Of a stretch of 64,000 nucleotides of DNA, positions 58,594-64,000 are shown piece after piece. Both the position numbers and the translations under genes were made by a program. Within the stretch, counting starts at the first letter, position 1. The number at the start of each line of letters is the position of its first letter. Under the pieces are notes generated by a model. The model was not told the DNA's origin. It did no database searches and saw only the letters and a program-made list of their open reading frames with translations. The DNA is from an uncultured Acidimicrobiales bacterium (GTDB taxonomy: Bacteria > Actinomycetota > Acidimicrobiia > Acidimicrobiales > VFJN01): positions 73,179 through 137,178 of the forward strand of contig CAWDIO010000015.1 of NCBI GenBank assembly GCA_963802385.1, read 5' to 3'.

Positions 58594-59682
58594 CTACCCC
58601 ACCAGCTCTTCGGACAGCCGCACCCGGTCGAGCCAGTCCTGCGGGGCCCGGATCTCGGCCAGGGTGGGCAGCCACTCGGGGCCGCGCCAGGCGGCGTCGA
58701 GCACCTCCGCCCCGCCGTGGCGCTCGACGTAGGCGATGAATGCCTCGCCCTGCGCGTACTGCTTCATCTTGGCGTCGATGCCCAGCGCCCGCTGGGCCAG
58801 CTTGGCCACGCCCCCCACCTGCTTGCGCCGCTCGCGCAGGGCCCGGGAGAAGCGGGGGGCCGACGGCACGTGGCCCTCGCCCGCCCGGTCCATGGTCACG
58901 TCGCCGTGGCCCTCCAGCAGGCTCATCATCCCGCCGATGCGGCCGAACAGGTCGCGCTGGTCCGGGCTGGCCAGCAGCGTGGCGATGCCGCCCTCGTCCA
59001 GCGGGTTGTGGCCGGAGCGCAGCTCATCGATCACCCGGGCCAGGGCGTCGAGGAAGCGGCGGGGATCGGGGTCGACCGCGTCCAGCGTCTGGTTCACCAG
59101 CGACAGGAAGTGGGGACGCAGCCAGGGGACCCCGGTGAACTGGGCCCGGTGGGTGACCTCGTGCAGGGCCAGCCACAGGCGGAACTCGCGCGGCGGGAAG
59201 CCGAAGCGCTTCTCCAGGGCCAGCACGTTGGGGCCGACGTAGTAGACGAGGTCCTGGTCGTCGGGGTCCTCGTCCTCGATGATCAGCAGGTCGTACTGGC
59301 CGAGCACGCGGGTGCCCATCCAGCCCAGCAGCACCCCGATCTCCAGCGCCGCGGCCCGGCGCGACACCGCGCCGACCACGGCCTTGGCCCCCTGGCCGTC
59401 GTCGAGGCGCTCGGCCATCTTGTCGGTCAGGGGCCGCAGCAGGCGCCCGAAGCTGGCCAGGTTGGCCCGCACCCAGTCGCCCCGGTCGACCACACGCGCC
59501 CGGGCCGGCCCCGCGGCCGACCGCAGGCCCGTCTCCCGCTCCACCAGCTCCTCGGCCTGGGCGGTGACCTCTTCGAAGTCGAGCGCCAGGCGGTCGTAGT
59601 GGTAGGAGTCCGCCAGCGGCTCGTGCCCGGCGACCCGGACCGCCACCCGCTCGGCGAGCTCCCAGTCGACCGGGTCGGGCAT
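58594..59682 (-). CDS. Zinc-dependent metalloprotease-like protein (DUF2342/zincin)
   Basis: RVLGQYD, WLALHEVTH (HExxH), LLEGHGD, K..QY..G, LPTLAEI. Confidence 0.87.
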   Translation of the reverse strand: MPDPVDWELAERVAVRVAGHEPLADSYHYDRLALDFEEVTAQAEELVERETGLRSAAGPARARVVDRGDWVRANLASFGRLLRPLTDKMAERLDDGQGAKAVVGAVSRRAAALEIGVLLGWMGTRVLGQYDLLIIEDEDPDDQDLVYYVGPNVLALEKRFGFPPREFRLWLALHEVTHRAQFTGVPWLRPHFLSLVNQTLDAVDPDPRRFLDALARVIDELRSGHNPLDEGGIATLLASPDQRDLFGRIGGMMSLLEGHGDVTMDRAGEGHVPSAPRFSRALRERRKQVGGVAKLAQRALGIDAKMKQYAQGEAFIAYVERHGGAEVLDAAWRGPEWLPTLAEIRAPQDWLDRVRLSEELVG

Positions 59683-59688
59683 GCCGGG

Positions 59689-59817
59689 CTACCGGCCCTT
59701 CGGGTACCGGGTCGACTCGACGCTGCGCAGGTAGCCGACGGCCAGCGCGCCAACGGTGAGGACCGCGGCTCCGACGAGGACGGCGCCGATCCAGTAGTGC
59801 CAGACCACGGCAAGCAT
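59689..59817 (-). CDS. Small 42-aa single-pass membrane protein
   Basis: My translation: MLAVVWHYWIGAVLVGAAVLTVGALAVGYLRSVESTRYPKGR*. GC3-rich codons; stop lies 6 nt before the next ATG. Confidence 0.75.
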   Translation of the reverse strand: MLAVVWHYWIGAVLVGAAVLTVGALAVGYLRSVESTRYPKGR

Positions 59818-59970
59818 GGGCCGCACTCTAGGCAACCACCGGGGAAAGTCGCGAACTGTCGCCGGACTGTCGCCGAGCCGACACGCGGAGTACGCCTCCC
59901 GGATGAGCGGCCGCTATGGACAGACTGCTAGCTTCGCACTGACCAGTCGGGCATCCTGGGGGCAGCGACG

Positions 59971-60669
59971 TTGCGACAGCTGGGAGAACGAGAGGTCGAA
60001 CGGCCCCGCCCCGCGACCGAAGGCGGATCCGTCCGGCCCGTAGGCGTGCTCGCCCCCGCGGCCACCTCGCGGGCCAAGCGGGCACTCGACATCGCGCTGA
60101 TCGTGCTGGCCTCGCCGCTGGTGCTCCCGCTCGGCGTCGTCATCGCCCTGGTGGTGATGGTGACCTCGCGGGGCTCGGTGCTGTTCGGCCAGGAGCGCGT
60201 GGGCCTCGGCGGGCGGCAGTTCAAGATGTACAAGTTCCGCACCATGCACCGGGAGGCCGAGCAGCTGCTGGCCCAGGACCCGCACATGTGGAACGAGTAC
60301 GTGACCAACGGCTTCAAGCTGCCGGCCGAGCTCGACCGGCGCGTGACCAAGGTCGGCCGGTTCCTCCGGCGCTCCAGCCTCGACGAGCTGCCCCAGGTCC
60401 TCAACGTCCTGCTGGGCACCATGAGCCTGGTCGGGCCCCGCCCGGTCGTGCCCGCCGAGCTCGACAACTACGGCGACCGGCGCGACGTCTACATGTCCGT
60501 GCGGCCGGGTGTCACCGGCGCCTGGCAGGTCAAGGGCCGGTCCAACATCGACTACCCCCAGCGGGTCGACGTCGACGAGGAGTACGTGCGCGACTGGAGC
60601 TTGGGCCTCGACCTCAAGATCCTGGCCCGCACGCCCGGCGCGGTCCTCTCCGCCCGGGGCGCCATCTAG
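59971..60669 (+). CDS. Sugar transferase (priming phosphoglycosyltransferase, WcaJ/WbaP C-terminal type)
   Basis: KRALDI, KFRTM, RRSSLDELPQ, MSLVGPRP, PGVTGAWQV. Confidence 0.92.
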   Translation: MRQLGEREVERPRPATEGGSVRPVGVLAPAATSRAKRALDIALIVLASPLVLPLGVVIALVVMVTSRGSVLFGQERVGLGGRQFKMYKFRTMHREAEQLLAQDPHMWNEYVTNGFKLPAELDRRVTKVGRFLRRSSLDELPQVLNVLLGTMSLVGPRPVVPAELDNYGDRRDVYMSVRPGVTGAWQVKGRSNIDYPQRVDVDEEYVRDWSLGLDLKILARTPGAVLSARGAI

Positions 60670-60726
60670 CGCACCGGGGTTCCGGGACTGGCACAACGCG
60701 GGCCCGCGCTCGGGGCGCCCCGTCCG

Positions 60727-60984
60727 CTACGCGTCGGCCTGCTCGCCGCCGGTCCTGGCCGCCTCGTTGACCAGCGCCGCCTTGACCTTGGCCACCAGGG
60801 CGTCAGGCACCTGCTCCTGGCACTTGCGCCGGATGACCCCGCGCAGCTCGGCCTCGAAGTCATAGGGCTCGGCACACGGCTGGCACTCGTCGAGGTGGTG
60901 CTGGATCACCGCCCGGCGGTCGTCGGTCAGCTCGCCGTCAAGGTAGCGGTAGAGCTCGTGGAGCGAGTCTTGGCAATCAGACAT
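60727..60984 (-). CDS. rsrA: Zinc-binding anti-sigma factor (RsrA/RshA type)
   Basis: C...YLDGEL...HLDECQPC (HxxxCxxC), directly after the ECF sigma gene. Confidence 0.88.
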   Translation of the reverse strand: MSDCQDSLHELYRYLDGELTDDRRAVIQHHLDECQPCAEPYDFEAELRGVIRRKCQEQVPDALVAKVKAALVNEAARTGGEQADA

Positions 60985-61573
60985 GGGTATCGGACATGGT
61001 GTCGTCTCGATCGGGCCCAGCGAGGTTCCGCTGGACTGCGAACTCGTACAACTGCTTCTGGAGCGCCTTTCTTCCCCGATGCAGCCGGGACATCACCGTA
61101 CCGATCGGGATGTCGAGTATGTCGGCGATCTCCTTGTAGGCGAACCCCTCGACGTCCGCCAGCAGCACGGCCATGCGGAAGTTCTCGGGGAGCGACTCCA
61201 GGGCCTCCTTGACCTCGGCGTCGGTGAAGCGGTCGAGCAGCTCGTCCTCGGCGCTTCGCCCGGCCATGGCCGCCTCCAGCCCGCCGATGCGCCGGTAGAG
61301 GTAGAGGTCCTCGACCTCGTCCAGCTCGGTCTCCTCGGGCCGGCGCTTCTTGGCCCGGTAGCTGTTGATGTAGGTGTTCGTGAGGATGCGGTAGAGCCAG
61401 GCCTTGAGGTTGGTGCCCTGCTCGAACCCGCCGAACCCGCGGTAGGCCCGCAGGTACGTCTCCTGCACCAGGTCCTCCGCGTCGGCCGTGTTGCGGGTCA
61501 TCCGCAGCGCCGCGGCGTACAGCGAGGGCATGAGATCCATCGCCTGGTCCGCGAACGTCGCCTGGTCGGCCAT
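60977..61573 (-). CDS. ECF sigma factor, SigR/SigH type
   Basis: [48 protein letters not shown]. Confidence 0.93.
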   Translation of the reverse strand: MADQATFADQAMDLMPSLYAAALRMTRNTADAEDLVQETYLRAYRGFGGFEQGTNLKAWLYRILTNTYINSYRAKKRRPEETELDEVEDLYLYRRIGGLEAAMAGRSAEDELLDRFTDAEVKEALESLPENFRMAVLLADVEGFAYKEIADILDIPIGTVMSRLHRGRKALQKQLYEFAVQRNLAGPDRDDTMSDTHV

Positions 61574-61629
61574 TGCCCGGGACCATACCGTCAGGCCGTG
61601 ACCCGACCAACTACGCGGGCGCGCCGGCC

Positions 61630-63486
61630 CTAGCCGGCCGGGTCGATGCCGCCGGCGGAGTACTGCACCGCGGGGCTCCACAGCAGGAACCGCTCCACGC
61701 CGAGGCCCCGGACCGCCTCGATCTGCGCCCGCACCTCCGCGTCGCCGTAGCCCACGCCCCGAGCCGTGAAGTCCTGGAGCCACGGCACCAGCACCGTGCC
61801 GCTCCCCGCCGTGACCTCCTGGTAGTGGGCCAGCACGCCCCGCACCAGGTCGCCCGGCTGGCGGCGGGGGTCGGCCACGCCGTAGCGCCCCTCGCCCCAG
61901 TACCCGGGGTAGATCTCGGGGGCGACGTAGTCGGCGTTGCGGGCGATGCGGACCACGTCCTGGCCGAGCGGGGCGCCCCGGTCGGCGGCCTCGCCCTCCA
62001 CGGTCACGCCCTGGTAGGCGCCCCGCTGGCGCAGCTCGTTGTGGGCCTCGGCCAGGAAGCCGGTGACCGCGTCGGACGGGGTGCCGGTCAGGCCGGGGAC
62101 GACGATGCTGTCGAGGTCGCCGGTGGGCAGCCGCGTGTCGGACCACAGGATGTCGTCCACCCCGCGGCTCACCGCGTCGAGCGCGATGTCGAGGTTGTAG
62201 CGGCGCACCTCCGGGCTGGCCGGGTTGGTGTACATGCCGGTGGCGTCGTAGATGTCCCCCCGCGACGTCTGGATGACCTGGTCGCCGTGGCCCTCGGCCC
62301 ACGCGGCCCCGGCCAGCACAGGGTCGCGGAACGTGACGATGCGGCCCACCACCCGCACGCCGCGGTTGTCCAGCGTGGCGATGGCCGTGTCGAGGTCGTA
62401 GTGGCGGACCACCGCGCCGATCTCCGCGGCGCGGGGCACGGTGGTGTCGAAGCCGACGGTGCCGCTGTCGTCCTTGAGGTCGAGCTGCACGGTGTCGATG
62501 CGGTGCTCGTCGATCATGGCCAGGATGCCGTCGCGCAGTTGCTGGTTCCCCCAGGCCGCCGCGGTCACGTGCACACCCCGCAGGCCGGGGTAGGTCACCG
62601 GCACGACCACCGAGGCGGCGGTGATGTTCCCGGCCTCGTCGACCGCCTCCAGACTGATGGGACCGGCGGGGGGCCGGTCGTAGTGCAGCGTGAAGCTGCC
62701 GTCGTCGCCCAGCCGTACGGTCTCGTCGTCGGCGGTGAGCGTGGCGCCCGCCTCGACGACGCCGCTGACCTCGGCCTCGGCGTCGATGGCCACGGGATCG
62801 ACCGCGGCGGGCACGTCGAGGCTGGGCGCGGTGCCGTCGACCGTGAAGTCCCAGTGGAACTGGGCGTCGTCCAGCAGGGCCCGGGGCACGGCCAGGGACA
62901 GCTCGTGCTCGCCCTCGATGGGCGGGGCGGGCGGCACCCACACCAGGGTGTCGCCCTGGACGGCGGGCTCGTCCACCACCTGGCCGTCGTAGCTGAGGGT
63001 GGACTCGCCCGCGGCCTCGGGCGAGGCGAACACGATGGTGACCTGGAGCTGCGCCGCCTCCTGCGTGGTGATGACGTCGCCGTCGGCGATGCCGGTCTGG
63101 GTGAGGTGGACCCGGGTGCCTCGGTAGACGAGGAACCCGACCAGCGCGATGGTCCCCACCGCCACCAGGGCCGCGAACACGGTGCCGGCCTCGATGTAGC
63201 GCTTGCGCTGGCGGTACATGGTGGGCCCCTCGGAGCGGCCCTCCAGGTCCAGGCTGGGCGGCCCGAAGTCCAGCCGCCCGGCCCGGGGCGCCCGGGTCTC
63301 GATGGTGAGGGTCGACCAGTCGCCGCGCTGGCGGGACTGCTTGCGCTCGGCGCGGCTCGGCCGCCGCGGGCGGCGGGGGCGCCGGCGCAGCCGGTGGCGG
63401 GGGCCCGAGGCGTCGGGATCGGTCCCCGGGGCGTCGCTCACCGAAGTCACTGCGGGCAGTCTCCCCATCCGCCCGCCGTCCTGCAA
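61630..63486 (-). CDS. Putative glycoside hydrolase (DUF4015-like) with a TM anchor and Ig-like segments; start uncertain
   Basis: [34 protein letters not shown]. Confidence 0.75.
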   Translation of the reverse strand: MQDGGRMGRLPAVTSVSDAPGTDPDASGPRHRLRRRPRRPRRPSRAERKQSRQRGDWSTLTIETRAPRAGRLDFGPPSLDLEGRSEGPTMYRQRKRYIEAGTVFAALVAVGTIALVGFLVYRGTRVHLTQTGIADGDVITTQEAAQLQVTIVFASPEAAGESTLSYDGQVVDEPAVQGDTLVWVPPAPPIEGEHELSLAVPRALLDDAQFHWDFTVDGTAPSLDVPAAVDPVAIDAEAEVSGVVEAGATLTADDETVRLGDDGSFTLHYDRPPAGPISLEAVDEAGNITAASVVVPVTYPGLRGVHVTAAAWGNQQLRDGILAMIDEHRIDTVQLDLKDDSGTVGFDTTVPRAAEIGAVVRHYDLDTAIATLDNRGVRVVGRIVTFRDPVLAGAAWAEGHGDQVIQTSRGDIYDATGMYTNPASPEVRRYNLDIALDAVSRGVDDILWSDTRLPTGDLDSIVVPGLTGTPSDAVTGFLAEAHNELRQRGAYQGVTVEGEAADRGAPLGQDVVRIARNADYVAPEIYPGYWGEGRYGVADPRRQPGDLVRGVLAHYQEVTAGSGTVLVPWLQDFTARGVGYGDAEVRAQIEAVRGLGVERFLLWSPAVQYSAGGIDPAG

Positions 63487-63505
63487 TGACCGTGGGGTTA
63501 CAGGA

Positions 63506-64000
63506 TCATACGTAGCCGCGCATCCGCGCCGCGTGGGCCACCTTGCGGATCCCGAGGGCGAAGGCCGCCTGGCGGAGCGTGGAGCCGAATTCGGCGGAGC
63601 ACGCGGTGGTGGCCTCGTAGGCGGCGCGCAGGCGGTCCCGCAGCTCGGCGTTGAAGCGCTCTTCCTTCCAGGTGAACTGCTGGATGTTCTGCGTCCACTC
63701 GAAATAGGAGCCGGTGACGCCGCCTGCGTTGGCCAGGATGTCGGGGATCACGGTGATGCCCCGGTCGCCGAGGATCTTGTCCGCCCCCGGGGTCACCGGG
63801 TAGTTGGCCGCCTCCACCACCACGCGGGCCTGGAGGTCTCGGGCGTTGTCGGTGTCGATGACCTCGCCCAGCGCCGCGGGGACCAGCACGTCGCAGGGCG
63901 ACTCCAGCAGCTCCTCGTTGGTCAGCCGGTCGACGCCGGGCTGGTCGGTGTCGCTCACCCTCCCGCCGCCCCGCACCACCTCGACCAGCCGGGCCACGTC
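63506..64000 (-). CDS. gdhA: Glu/Leu/Phe/Val dehydrogenase, C-terminal part (partial at the window edge)
   Basis: DVLVPAA, VEAANYP, PDILANAGGVTGSYFEW. Confidence 0.9.
   Translation of the reverse strand, partial: DVARLVEVVRGGGRVSDTDQPGVDRLTNEELLESPCDVLVPAALGEVIDTDNARDLQARVVVEAANYPVTPGADKILGDRGITVIPDILANAGGVTGSYFEWTQNIQQFTWKEERFNAELRDRLRAAYEATTACSAEFGSTLRQAAFALGIRKVAHAARMRGYV

Overview
A very GC-rich chromosomal window from an actinobacterium. The gene content and order suggest Acidimicrobiia, which is an inference. Most of it is core genome: a liv-type ABC transporter, hemQ, an FdhF/YdeP-type oxidoreductase with fdhD, groEL with two CIRCE boxes, otsA/otsB, tRNA-Thr(UGU), rlmB-ispF-ispD, a Crp regulator, radA-disA, clpC, a two-component system, lysS-coaX-nadC-nadB-panD-panC-folK-folB-folP-folE-ftsH-hpt, tilS, a SigR/SigH-type sigma and anti-sigma pair, and a partial Glu/Leu dehydrogenase. 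Frameshifts are very dense in the first ~14 kb and sporadic afterwards, most likely from long-read indel errors, so some gene boundaries are approximate. I saw no CRISPR array, transposase, integrase or prophage. The most notable observations are: (1) a tandem Clp-N-domain protein with no ATPase module directly upstream of clpC; (2) two copies of a nested-palindrome REP/MITE-like element; (3) a ~3 kb insert between hpt and tilS carrying an orphan kinase, 19-bp operator-like repeats and a gene bracketed by a duplicated multi-frame-stop palindrome; (4) a Cys-to-Gln pseudophosphatase inside the folate operon; (5) a 32-bp duplication that creates an 11-aa coupling minigene; (6) a probable CTG start for nadB; (7) an unannotated 42-aa membrane protein. 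None of these is shown to be a novel system without database searches.
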